A stretch of 63,825 nucleotides of DNA, counting the filler, from Ministeria vibrans ATCC 50519 (Eukaryota; Protista; Filasterea), in the NCBI GenBank assembly GCA_943704425.1. It is 7 parts of 7 records of this genome, joined end to end, with 100 filler letters (N's around TTAATTAATTAA, not from the genome) between each part and the next. Parts side by side here need not be neighbours in the genome. Positions count along the whole stretch, not along the records: positions 23,409 to 46,520 come from CALSCP010001708.1; positions 46,621 to 54,368 come from CALSCP010002478.1; 5 more parts are not named here. The stretch is one strand, 5' to 3'. This document shows, one piece after another, positions 42,041 through 54,468 of this stretch. A program made the translations under genes and the position numbers. The notes beneath the pieces were generated by a model. The model saw only the letters and a program-made list of their open reading frames with translations. It ran no database searches and was not told the origin of the DNA. The first letter of the stretch is position 1. Each line of letters starts with the position of its first letter.

Positions 42041-42660
42041 TGATACAATAATGAAAAAGAAGTGAGTGACTACGCCCTCTGTAAATAAATTTCTCACATA
42101 AATTTGTTCTTCAATTGACTTGCGATGCGATTGATAATAAATTGGACAAATACGTCGACAACACAAACAGCTCAGAACCACTTTGTAAGCTACAGAAGCA
42201 TCGAGAGGGAGAGGAGACAGGTTGGCTGATGACCAGACAAGTGACGCGAGAGGCACGCACCAGTCACACCGGATCTCGGCGTTCCATCCCACACCATATC
42301 CTGAGACCTGAGAGGGAGAGAAGGCTCTGCCAGCCGAAGGGTGGCGCTGGGCAGGAAGAGCAAGCTCCACACCACCGTCGAGAGGGGAGTGACACGTAGT
42401 GGTGGACACCCAATATTCTGATTGTTCCGCGGGTGGAGTTTATAGTTTCACACAGTTTTGCAGTTTTAGTTTTGCTGCTGCGCACCCTTGGGCGCTGCTA
42501 GCTTTGCGGTGCGGTTGATACGGGAGGTGAAGGGTGAAATGTATGAGAGGAAGGGGGGGGTGACGTGACACGGCAGCTCAGGCGTTGCCACAATAAATAA
42601 ATAAGAAGAAGAATACAACCCATTTATTAACGACAATAAATAAATAGATAAGGGGGATAC

Positions 42661-42966
42661 CTCGCCTTGGTACTCGTCCAAAAGAATGATATGTGAGAAT
42701 CCTGCAGCGTAAGTTCGAATGATCCACTCAAGGAGATGCGGATCGAAACGTGTCAAAGTACAGGCGACGCTTCGGTACTTGTTTCCGTGTTGAGATGGTG
42801 TCGAGTCAACCAAGCGCATGATTTCTTCTTTCATCTCTGCGCTCTCGACTGAAACGCGAGAGCCTGAGGTCGAATCGTACATCAAGGAACTTTTTGAATA
42901 CAGTGCCAGTGCGCCTACAGTCAACACGAACGAGAGCACAAGGATGCGCCTGCGTGTGAAAATCAT
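42661..42966 (-). CDS. First exon of a type-II membrane glycosyltransferase-like (GT92/GT2-like) gene; no downstream exons found
   Basis: Signal anchor RRRILVLSFVLTVGALALY, then VACTL..HLLEWI..AGFSHIILLD, with a donor at 42660. Confidence 0.45.
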
Positions 42967-43481
42967 AGTGTAGGAGCGCACAACACGTGTGAAAGAAAGT
43001 CTCTCCTTAACAGGCACTCTCCACTCTCCACTCTCCACTCTCCAAAGGCGAGTGAGGAGTCGCGGGCAGACAAAGTTTGCTTCAAACGCGTGAGTTGGAA
43101 AAAAATTGTCATTGATATTTGATCATTCACTAATCTCACTCATCACTATTCAGACCATTCCGCAATTGCCACGAGTGAGTTGAAATCAAAAAGTCAAAAA
43201 GTCAAAAAAAAAAGCGCGCGCGAGGGGGGGGGGGTCCTGAAATCCTGAATAGGAGGCTATAGGTGGGCTAGGAAAGCGAATGACAATCATTTATCATAGT
43301 TAGCGTTTAATAACAATTAAAACACAAAACATCGCTCTCTCATGATGTATGATTCATGATCGGTCTTTTTACTTTTTCTTCTTCTCCTCTACTACTACTA
43401 CTTCTCTCTCCTCTCTTCTCTCCTCTCTTCTCTCCTCTCTTCCCTCCCCCTCTCTATCACTTTGTTTCTTTCTACCTCATT

Positions 43482-43558
<77 letters not shown>

Positions 43559-43568
43559 CTCTCTGTTG

Positions 43569-44292
43569 CTACACTGTGGGTGAGGGGGCATACGTCTCCT
43601 CTTCGTCCCCCTCACTGCTCTCAATCACGTCCACCAATTCAATTGGCTCTCTTTCACTCTTCCGCCTCTCCTCCCTTTCCTCCTCAAAAATATCAATTTC
43701 TCGCGTGAGTGCGTTCAGTTCCCGCAATCGCTCCTGAATTGCGCTTTGCAACGACACGTCCTCCTCCGACAGATCCTGCAGCAGTAACAAACGAGCAAAC
43801 AAACAATGAAACCCAGAAGACAATCAAACGCAAGCGCAAATCGGTTAGTGCGAAAAAGACATTGATGTAAGCCATACTCGAATGCGCCCAATGACAGCAT
43901 CGCACACGGTATTAATGGGCGCCACCTGTGCCATGTTGCCTTCTGCGGCAAGCAACCGTCCTCTGCAAACAAAGAGAGGGAGGGGGAAAGAGTGTGTGAG
44001 AGGAGGAGAAGGAGCAGAAAAGATAGGGAAGAGAGGGAAGAGAGGAAGAGAGAGAGAGAGAGAGAGAGAGGAGGAAGAAAGAAACAAAGTGATAGAGAGA
44101 GAGGGAGAGAGAGAGAGAGAGAGAGGAGGGAGAAAGAAACAAAGTGATAGAGAGAGAGGTAGAGAGAGAGGTAGAGAGAGAGAGAGAGGTAGAGAGAGAG
44201 AGAGGTAGAGAGAGAGGTAGAGAGAGAGGTAGAGAGAGAGGTAGAGAGAGAGGTAGAGAGAGAGGGAGAGAGAGAGAGGGAGAGAGAGAGGG

Positions 44293-44386
<94 letters not shown>

Positions 44387-45015
44387 TTTTTTTGGTCGGG
44401 CTTACATATTCTGTTCAATGGCACTATTCAGAGCCTGCGACTCAACCACACCAGACTCTTCGTCTTTTTGATACGACTAAGCAAAACACACACGCACACA
44501 CACAATAAGTCCGTTTCATCCATTCTCCGTCATACCGTCTGTGAGAGTTCAGTGATGGACGAGACCTCAACAGGAATAGCCTGAAAAGGGAGCGAACAAG
44601 GCACATCCTCCGAGACGGGAGGGAGATCTGGCCCAGGATTCGCGCAAGAAAAAACTCGGTAGAGAAAGCCTAATGTCGATTTGTCGTCGCAATCTTTTGT
44701 GTTACCTAACACACATACATACACACACACACACAACACATAACACATAAAAGTTACCTTCCAGATTTGAGTTTTTAGAAGGTCGTACTCTTTCTTAAGG
44801 ATGTCATACAGATAAACACTGGTGGTGCACTCACCACTTGACAATGATTCGACATGAAGTCGCCTAGTTGCAGGTGAAAGATCTTTTCTCGAAGGGACGC
44901 CTGTTGGTGACAGTATCAGTGTAGTGTATATCTCTAACAGTTCTCATAATATTTACGGCATTGATATTATTATATTGTTAGGAGTAATACGGCATTGATA
45001 TTATTATATTGTTAG

Positions 45016-45046
<31 letters not shown>

Positions 45047-45545
45047 TATTAGGAATAATAATTATTATTATTAATGAAGTGAAACGTATCAATGAAAAAA
45101 TTGGAACAGACTGAGCCAAATGGTCTCTCACCTGAAGACTTGAGGCTCGACGAAAGCGATACCAGCCTAAAAGCGTGTCCTTGCGCTCTCGAACAAACTA
45201 TGTGGCAAAATATCACTGGTGCACGTCTCTTTGTAAAGTGAGGCGGAGGGGGGGGGGTACCTTCGCAAGACGTTCTCTGTTGAACAAATCGTCGCTGTTC
45301 GCGTCGCTGGCCAGGCTCAGATCAGCAGTCTCTGGGTAAGACACACATGCCGTGATAACAGCGTCTCTGAGCTGTTTCACTGCTTCATTTTCTGCGTGAT
45401 GGTGGTCGCCAACAACCTTCGTTGTCATCGTTGCATATCGACCAAACAGCAGTCCGCCACACGGCTTGGCGCTTGCTTCTGACACGCACACACGATGTAA
45501 TCCGGCGAAAATGGGACCACCCAGCCGAACGCGGTTGATTTCCAT
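43569..45545 (-). CDS. ABRAXAS1: Abraxas/ABRO1 (FAM175) MPN- scaffold protein
   Basis: Spliced product: GLLFG..LLGWYRFRRASSLQASLRE..PVFIC..STLGFLYRVF..FQAIPVEV..AEGNMAQVAPINTV, a coiled coil, and C-terminus EETYAPSPTV*. Colinear with the Abraxas motifs GWYKFRR and terminal YSRSPTF. Confidence 0.8.
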
Positions 45546-45623
45546 AGCAGAAAAGTTTTTAAGAGTTGTCAAATTGAGTGAGCTTTCTTCTCGATCTATT
45601 CCCCCGCACTAATCTTTTTCGTG

Positions 45624-46249
45624 ATGTCGGGAGTGACAACAAAACTTGGTCGTCTGAGACCATGGGGCATGTTCAGGTCAATGGTGGTCGGATTGCAGTA
45701 TGGCGAGGTGAAAGATGCTGAGATCTTTCACTGGGCGCGTGAGCCCTCAAACAAGTTTGATGCAAATGCGATATCAGTGCACGACGAGGATGGCAAGCGC
45801 CTTGGGTTCCTTCCCAGCAAGACTGCGGCAATTGTGTCGCCTCTCGTTGACAAGCAACTCGTTGATGTACAACTCGGTAAGGAGACTGCGCAAAATCTTC
45901 TCCCAACACACACTCCCTCTCCCAATCTTTGTCTCTTCTTTGTTTGCACATGACTGATATTTTAGCCAAATTTCGTAATTTTGTCAGCGATGAGTCGCAT
46001 TTATGAAAAAGAGGGCTTACTTTGAAATATTTTCCTGTTGTTTTGAGTGCAGGGCCCTGTCCGTTTCCAGAAAGGACTTCTTTCCATCTGCCGGTGCGCG
46101 TGTACCTCTACAGTGAACCACAACACTCTCGGACCGTCACCAATCACTTCTTTGGTCATGGGCTGCGTGTTGCTGGTATTGACAAGGACACTGACGAGCT
46201 TGCCACCTTTGAAATTGTCAGCGATGGGAACATTCTCTACCATGAGTGA
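45624..46249 (+). CDS. Stand-alone HIRAN-domain protein, 2 exons, about 150 aa
   Basis: VVGLQY..REPSNKFDANAISV..RLGFLP..VSPLVD/..FHLPVRVYLY, with a stop soon after the domain. Confidence 0.85.
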
Positions 46250-46520
46250 GGGTCGTTTGAATTAAATTGAATGTGAACGTTACCCATATCCCTTGCCTCT
46301 GCTTTCGTAAGGATTAACTTTACTTTCACTCTGTACTTATCACAATGATACATAAACAAGAGCATATAACGGAGTGATCAAAAATAATTGGTATGGATCG
46401 ACTTTTTAGTCCACGGCCAATTGTTCCCACAAGCGTCTTTATCTTTGTTGCATACATCCCGCAGTAGAAAATGCGTTTTGGTGGGAGTGTAGTCCCATTC
46501 GTGCTCGGTGGTGTTCTGTC

Positions 46521-46620
46521 NNNNNNNNNNNNNNNNNNNNNNNNNNNNNNNNNNNNNNNNNNNNTTAATTAATTAANNNNNNNNNNNNNNNNNNNNNNNN
46601 NNNNNNNNNNNNNNNNNNNN
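46521..46620. other. Artificial contig linker
   Basis: N44-TTAATTAATTAA-N44. Confidence 0.97.
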
Positions 46621-46721
46621 ACGAGTGATTGTCGATTGATGAGTACAATGTGAATACAATCATTATTCATTTATCATTACGACGACTTATCATTAATTTT
46701 ATTTTGCATCTCATTCTCCAT

Positions 46722-48709
46722 ATGTCGGACTCGTTTGCTGAACTTGGTCTGGACAGCCGCCTGTCAAGAGCAATTGCGCGCTTGCAGTGGTCCAAGCCGA
46801 CATCCATTCAGTCGCGTGCTATTCCACTTGCGCTTGCGGGCAAAGACATCCTTGCGCGTGCACGAACCGGGTAAGTCGCGCGAGACGCTGAGAAACGTGA
46901 AAAATGCTTCCGCGTGCGTCGCTTACCTCCTTGTGAAGGTCGGGAAAAACCGGTGCGTACGTGCTTCCTTTGCTGCAGCGAATTCTGCAGGAGAAGGAGC
47001 GCGACTCGTCGGCCGGCGCAAGCGGTGTGCGTGGCGTGATTCTGGTGCCGACCAAAGAATTGTGCCAGCAACTTCGCCGCGACCTTGCTGCGCTGTCGCA
47101 CTTCTGTTCGCGCATTGTGCGCGTCGCCGTGCTTGGCGAGAGTTCGTCGGAGGGCACTGACCGGCGGAATGAGGCGGCGCCGTCGTCGACGACGCTCTCC
47201 ACGGCGTCGCTCGCCGCCGACCGTCAGCAGCTGCTGGTGTCGCCCGACGTGGTTGTGGGCACGCCCGCACGCGTTGTCGCCCTGCTGCGATCTGGTGACC
47301 TCGACATTCGCGACTCGCTCAATGTGCTTGCCGTGGACGAGGCGGATCTGGTGCTGTCGTATGGCTATCGCGATGACATGAACGAGGTAAAATGATAATT
47401 CAACAGTATTATAATAATTAATTATTATTATTACTATTATTATTATTATTATTATTTTTATTATAATAATCAGATGTTATATTTTATATCAACCATCCAT
47501 AATATGCAATAGTTAAATCTCATCCTTCTCCGTTGTCTTTCTTTAGATTGTGAGTCACTTGCCACGCATATACCAAGCGCTTCTCATGTCAGCGACGATG
47601 AGCGACGACGTGACGCAGCTGGGGCAAATGGTGCTGCACAATGCGGTGACGGTGATGCCGCCGGAGAGTCTGCTGCCACCGCCCGAGCAGCTCAAGCAGT
47701 ATGTGGTGCGCTGCAACGACGAGGACAAGTTTCTGTTGATGTTCACGTTGGTCAAGTTGGGTCTAGTGCGCGGCAAGACACTCATCTTTGTCAACAGCAT
47801 CGACCGTTGCTACCGCATCAAGCTGTTCCTCGAGCAGTTTGCCATCCGCGCGTGCGTCCTCAACTCAGAACTGCCCCTTAATTCCCGGTAAGATTGAGAG
47901 AGAGAGAGAAAGGAGGGAGGGAGAAAGAACAAAGTGATAGAGAGAGGAGATAGAAAGGAACAAAGTGGTAGAGAGAGAGGAGATAGAAAGGAACAAAGTG
48001 ATAGAGAGAGGGAGAGGAGATAGAAAGGAACAAAGTGATATATATAGAGTGAGAGGAGAAAGGAGGGGAAAAGAAACAAAGTGAGAGAAATAACCGTGTG
48101 AGAGGAAAAGGGAGAATAGACTGACGGTGTGTGGATGTGTAGGTTGCATACAGTGCAGCAGTTCAACCGAGGAGTATATGATATTATTGTGGCGACGGAC
48201 GAAGAGTCGACGCTCGTTGAGGAGAGCGAAGGAGAAGAGGAGGAGGAGGAGGAGGAGGGGGAAGAGGAGGTGAAGGGGAAGAGGAAACGAAAGGGAGAGG
48301 AGGGGGAAGGGAATGCGAAGAAGAAGAAGAAGAAGGAGGGAAAGGGAAAGAAGGAGAGCGAGAGCGATAGTGGGTATGGGGTGTCGCGGGGAGTGGACTT
48401 TGAAGGTGTTGCCAATGTGATTAATGTGGACTTCCCGGTGAGTGCACGGGCGTATGTGCATCGGGTAGGGCGAACAGCGCGAGGCGACGCAGAGGGCCAG
48501 GCGCTGTCCTTTGTGGTGTCAGGGGCGGACGAGGGGCGGCTGGAGCGCGTGCAAGAGACGGTTAAGGAGGGTGTCGACGGCGCTCAACTGCTTCCCTTTG
48601 CCTTCAAGAGTGACCAAGTCAACGGGTTCAAGTACCGTGTCAACGTAAGACCGACAGTGAACGAGAGAGAATGAGACTGGGAGTACGTACTGAAATCTTT
48701 CTTTCCTTT

Positions 48710-48756
<47 letters not shown>

Positions 48757-49404
48757 TTTTTTTTTTTTTNNNNNNNNNNNNNNNNNNNNNNNNNNNNNNN
48801 NNNNNNNNNNNNNNNNNNNNNNNNNNNNNNNNNNNNNNNNNNNNNNNNNNNNNNNNNNNNNNNNNNNNNNNNNNNNNNNNNNNNNNNNNNNNNNNNNNNN
48901 NNNNNNNNNNNNNNNNNNNNNNNNNNNNNNNNNNNNNNNNNNNNNNNNNNNNNNNNNNNNNNNNNNNNNNNTTTTTTTTCGTTGTTGTGGTGATAGGATG
49001 CACTTCAGTCGGTCACCAAACGAGCAATCAAAGAGGCACGTCTGCAAGAACTCAAGCAGGAACTGCTCCACTCTGAGAAACTCAAGGTAATGCCGCTCAC
49101 TACAATTGTCTCTTTCAACTAATACCTCTTGTTTATCCCGTATTTCTCTCCTTCCATGTTTATGCTGCAGGCATACTTTGAAGATAACCCGCGCGACCAT
49201 GATGTGCTGCGACACGACAAGAACCTGCAGCCGAACCGCATCAAGCGCCACCTCAAGACAGTCCCCGACTATCTCCTTAACGGCCAGCCCCCCGGTATGC
49301 TCTCCACCTCCCGCCCGCCCCGCCGTGTGTTCTTCAAGAAGCGTGATCCCGTCCGCAAAAAGCGTGCCGACGATCCTTTGAAGACCTTTCAAAAGCGACG
49401 TTGA
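46722..49404 (+). CDS. DDX56: DEAD-box RNA helicase DDX56/Dbp9
   Basis: [79 protein letters not shown]. Confidence 0.96.
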
Positions 49405-49749
49405 TGTACTCTACATTTCCATTTTCTTTTAATTTCAATGAACTATTATTTAGTACCAAACCATTTTTCATGTCAAACCATTTTCATCAATGCTTATAAT
49501 ATAATTATTCATCTGAATATTGTTATTACTAATTATTAGAAGAAGAAGAAGACATTTCTTATTATATTAGTGATATTAATTCAAGACGTTTCTCTCACTT
49601 CAACTGTCAGCAAAAGACCAAAATATTAAAACGTCATAATTATTTTGAATTTTCAATCACTTTTAAGTTTTAAGTTCTCACCGAGTGCACACTTAGACAC
49701 TCGTCACTACAAACTTCAAAGCTATTTTTGCCTCTGCGCCACTTTTATC

Positions 49750-51544
49750 ATGCAGACAATGGTTGTGGATAACGGCGCGATCTCGATCAAAGCGGGTTGG
49801 GCGCACGACGCAGAGCCAAAGTATGCGATCAAGACTATCACACCAATCCCGCCCCTCTCTCATTCTCTCTCGCCCTCTCCCTGTGGCTACCTACTTATGT
49901 TGCTGCTAGATTGATTCCAAACTATGTGGCGCGGCAGGGCAACAGCAGGCGTACGTATGTCGGTGCTCAAATGTCAGAGTGTACCGACATGTCACGTTTG
50001 TTCTTTCGGCTGTCCTTTGAAAAGGTACCCCACACCCAGACACCCTGCCTGCTCCCCAAGTGCACCCAACAGCACTGCCAGCGAGCGTGATTGCGCTGTC
50101 TCTCTCTTTCTTCATGGGCTGCTTTTCACTGATGTCGTTTGCACAGGGTTATCTGACGAGCTGGACGAGCCAACAGCAAGTGTGGGACCACATGTTCAGC
50201 CCGAGCGTGTTTGATGTGAACCCCGCCGACACGCAGATGGTGTTTACCGAGCCGCTATTTGATTTGGCGGTGATTCGCGAGAGTCTTGACGAGTGCTTCT
50301 TTGAAGAGTTTGGCTTTGGCGCGCTTGTGCGCACCACATCGGCGCGTCTGGCGTCGCTGCAGGCGCACGTCGAGCACGAGACACCGGAACGAACCTGCAT
50401 GGTAGTCGACTGTGGCTACTCCTTCTCGCACGCGGTCCCGTGTTCTCAGGGTCGTGTTGTCGACAGTGCAGTGCAGCGCGTCAATGTGGGCGGCAAACTG
50501 CTCACTAACTACCTCAAGGACATTGTATCGTACCGCCAGCTCAACGTTATGGAGGAGACATACGTCATCAACGAGTGCAAAGAGAACGCCTGCTTTATCT
50601 CTCTTGACCTTCAGTCTGACTTTGCCATCGCAAGGTAAAAACTGACAGGAGAGAGAGAGAGAGAGAGGAGATGGAAAGGAACAAAGTGATAGAGAGAGAG
50701 AGAAGGGATAGAGGAGGGAGAAAGAAACATATTGATAGAGAGAGAAAGAAGGGAGAAAGAAACAAAGTGATAGAGAGAGAAAGGAGGGAGAAAGAACGAA
50801 ATGGTAGAAAGAGCTGGAGCGCAGAGGGAGAAAGAGCACAATGGGGTAGAGGAGAAGGTGATTCTCACGTCCTTGCGCGAGTAGGAAAAAGGGAGGTGGG
50901 AACAGCATTGTAGGACAGTATGTGCTACCGGACTTTACTACTATCAAGACAGGATTTCTGCGACCAGGGGCGGGGGTGGGGCGGAGGGCGGCGGACGCGC
51001 GCGATGAGCAGACACTCGTGCTCAACAACGAACGCTTCACAGTCCCCGAGCTGCTCTTTACCCCGTCCAACGTCGCCATTGACCAGTGCGGCGTTCACGA
51101 GGCTATTGTCGAGGCTGCCCTCCGTGCTCCTGAGCACCTGCGTCCTTTTCTCTTCCACAATATCTATTTGTGTGGTGGCTCTGCTCTCTTTCCGAACTTT
51201 GCTCAGAGACTGTTAGTCGACATTGCGTTTCGTCAGCTTTGTGACTTACACCCTCGTTCTCTCTCCCCATGACAATATTTGGTGTTGTAGAGAACGGGAA
51301 GTGCGTGCACTGGCACCCAGTGAGTACCCTGTGCGAGTGCTAACCGCCCAAAAGTATGACAACACACACAAACATATGCACTACTTGTGAAAATGACGCT
51401 TTTCATTCCCGTAGTCCGATAACTTCCGCATGGAGTGGTGGCCGACATCTGGCGCAGTCAGAGGAGTTGAAAGAGTTTCTTGTGACCAAGGCAGAATACG
51501 ACGAACACGGACACGCACTCTGTGAGCGCCGGTTCCTAATGTGA
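49750..51544 (+). CDS. ACTR6: Actin-related protein 6 (SWR1/SRCAP complex)
   Basis: MVVDNGA..KAG, VVDCGYSFSH, GGKLLTNYLKDIVSYRQLNVMEETYVINECKE, YVLPDF, LNNERFTVPELLF, VTKAEYDEHG. Confidence 0.93.
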
Positions 51545-52235
51545 TAGACGGAACAATGCACAGTTTGTATTTCTAAAGGATTCGAATCGTAGACAAAGTT
51601 CTTTTGTGAAATACTTCATACGCATACTCATCTTACGAGTGCCCGTCGTGTGCCCGTCACTTCTCTGTAGTAACATTGAAGAAATCCAATTGATCGAAAT
51701 TATTTTCTCTCTCTCTTTTTTTTGGCATTTGGTAAGCACCAGGTTCCCGTCACGCTCAACTACATCTCCTGACGTGACTCCATACCACCCGTCGTCTGTG
51801 TGTGCGACTACCGACCGTTGTGTGTTTGAGCCGTTTTGTGATTTGACTTTCGCGTTTTTTTTTAAAAAAAAGCGATTTCGGGCGCTCTTGGTTGCTTGGG
51901 AGCGTCCTCGCCGCTTGCAGCATGGCTGTGGCGTGCATTCGCGGCGTGTCGCGGGCGCGCAGGGCGTATTGGTGCGACGGCATGCGTGTCCCAATCCTCT
52001 GCGCTTCTTTCCCTCTGCGCTCTCCTCGTGTTTTTCGCCTGCCGTCCGTGCGCGTCGCCCACGTGCCCCTTCTGCATCATCCACCTGTGTGCACCCTCCC
52101 CAGCCTGCGCGTGAACCCCTCGTGAGCAATGATGAGCCTTCTTTTTTTTTTTTTTTTTTTTTTTTCTGGACTTCTTTCTTCTTTTTCGCTGTCTTAACTT
52201 GTTGTACTGACGACGACCCTCCTGTGCAGGTAGAC

Positions 52236-52461
52236 ATGAAGTGCAAGGCAGACGTGTCCAGCAGCCGCCGCAAGTCGCGCAAGCTCCATTTCGCAGCGGT
52301 AAGGCGCGCTTGCGTCCGTCCCTCGCTCGCTCCCCGTTCCCCTTCCCTCTCCTCTCAAACTTCCCCTTGTAGCCTTCCAGCGTCCGCCATAAGATCATGT
52401 CCGCGCACCTCTCCAAGGAGCTCCGCGAGAAGGTAACCAACCAGATAAAGTCGACACTCGC

Positions 52462-52498
<37 letters not shown>

Positions 52499-52691
52499 GC
52501 CTTTCTCGTGTACACGAACCGCATCTTCAACATGCGCTCCGTGTAGGCGAGGGATTGGTGTGTGGAAGTAAACGGGCCAATGCCTGTGCGCGTCGTTGCA
52601 AGAGAGAGACACTTGAGTTTTTTTTTTGACATGTTGAGTTATGCGTGGTTTACAGCTTGTGTGGGTGTGTATGTGTTGATGGGAGGTGTAC

Positions 52692-52722
<31 letters not shown>

Positions 52723-53092
52723 GCATGAAAACAGGCCTTGGAATTCCGCCCAACCGACTGACGTTCTTTTCTTTTGATTGCCTCTTTGACTGTTCTAGTG
52801 GCATGTTCGCGCCATGCCCATCCGTCTTGACGACGAGGTTGTGATCAAGCGTGGCCGCCACAAGGGACAGCAGGGACGCGTGATCAACGTGTACCGCAAG
52901 AAGTGGTCCATTGCCATTGACCGACAGACTCGCGAGAAGCAAAACCGCGCCACCGTGCCCCTGGCCTACCACCCGTCCAAGGTTGAGATTGTCAAGCTGT
53001 CGCTCAACGACGACCGCAAGAAGGTTCTCGCACGCAAGTCGTCGGAGCGCTCCGCCGACAAGGGCAAGATCACCGAGGCCGAGGTCTCATAA
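52236..53092 (+). CDS. RPL26: 60S ribosomal protein L26 (uL24), with an additional 5'-UTR intron at about 51732-52229
   Basis: VSSSRRKSRKLHFAAPSSVR..MSAHLSKELR..MPIRLDDEV..RG..VYRKKW..HPSKV. Confidence 0.97.
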
Positions 53093-53114
53093 GTACACTC
53101 ACTTCATCCTGTTC

Positions 53115-53149
<35 letters not shown>

Positions 53150-53340
53150 ATATATACGTCTCAGGACGTCATTCGCTCACTGAAAGAGTCAAGAGTGAAA
53201 GCAGGTGAATTAGTGACCGATGAGAAATTTGCAGGTGTCATGATCAAAATTGTTCAATTGTTTGATTCATTGATTTGACTATCAGTCACTTATTGCCTTC
53301 TCGTCCCCCTCACCGACACTTCCTCCATTAATACATCAGA

Positions 53341-53681
53341 ATGGACGCGTGGTTCGCGTCGCTGTCGTCGTGGTTCCAGTCGTTCCTGTATCGAATTGGC
53401 CTGGCCAACAAACACGCTGCGGTCGTGCTCGTTGGCCTGGACAATGCCGGCAAGACGACTCTCCTGTACAGACTACGAGGCACCACAGATCCGTCAAGTA
53501 GCACAAGCTTTGTGCCAACTCAACGAGCGCAGACGGTGGAGGAAATTGTAAGAAGAGGGAACGACACTGGACACAACGACACAAAACGCCTGCCAAACTC
53601 ACGCGTGTTGCTGGCGCCACGTCAACCCGCTCACGTGTCTCAACACTCCTGCATCCCTTCAGCTATCGCCTAATCAATGTG

Positions 53682-53717
<36 letters not shown>

Positions 53718-53989
53718 CTCTACTGATTCTCTTTCATGTTTTTTTTCTCCTCATAGAAAATGGGCAGTTTGACAATGAAAGCTGTCGACCTGGGCGGCCA
53801 CGACCGAGTGCGCTACATGTGGAAGGAGTATCTTGTCAAGACGGACGCCATAGTCTTTGTCGTCGACTCAGCCGACCAGGATCGCCTTGAGGAGGCCAAA
53901 GTGGAGCTGCAGGGGCTGCTGGGCGATCGAGACACTGCAGACGTGCCCATTCTATTGCTCGCCAACAAATCCGATTTGCCTGTACGCCT

Positions 53990-54084
<95 letters not shown>

Positions 54085-54302
54085 CACTATCACGAAGATG
54101 ATCACTCACTCTGTCATCATTAATTTGTGGTCAACAGGGAAGCTTGAGTGAAAGCGAGTTGGCGACTGCGCTTCGCGTAACGACAGACGTCAATGCGCAT
54201 GTGAGCGACCCCTCCAAACGACCGTGCGCCGTCTTTCGCACGTCCATGCTCAACGGCAAGGGCTACCACGAAGCATTCAAGTGGCTAGCCGATGTACTTT
54301 AA
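53341..54302 (+). CDS. Sar1-related small GTPase, divergent (possibly the SarB paralogue)
   Basis: N-terminal amphipathic helix without Gly2, GLDNAGKTT, DLGGH (Sar-type catalytic His), NKSD, GYHEAFKWL. Switch I reads PTQRAQ. Confidence 0.85.
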
Positions 54303-54323
54303 GGACCACGGTTGTTCTCTTTC

Positions 54324-54368
<45 letters not shown>

Positions 54369-54468
54369 NNNNNNNNNNNNNNNNNNNNNNNNNNNNNNNN
54401 NNNNNNNNNNNNTTAATTAATTAANNNNNNNNNNNNNNNNNNNNNNNNNNNNNNNNNNNNNNNNNNNN
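54369..54468. other. Artificial contig linker
   Basis: N44-TTAATTAATTAA-N44. Confidence 0.97.

Noticed and set aside
42423-42591. Solo LTR (TGT...ACA on the minus strand)
   Set aside because: No target-site duplication, tRNA primer-binding site or second copy is visible.
44952-45018. 30-nt tandem duplication TACGGCATTGATATTATTATATTGTTAGGA
   Set aside because: An ordinary intronic slippage duplication with no further structure.
52127-52210. Box C/D snoRNA (ATGATGA...CTGA) in the RPL26 5' intron
   Set aside because: The interior is mostly poly-T with no recognisable guide, and the CTGA lies in a TACTGAC branch point ~20 nt from the acceptor.
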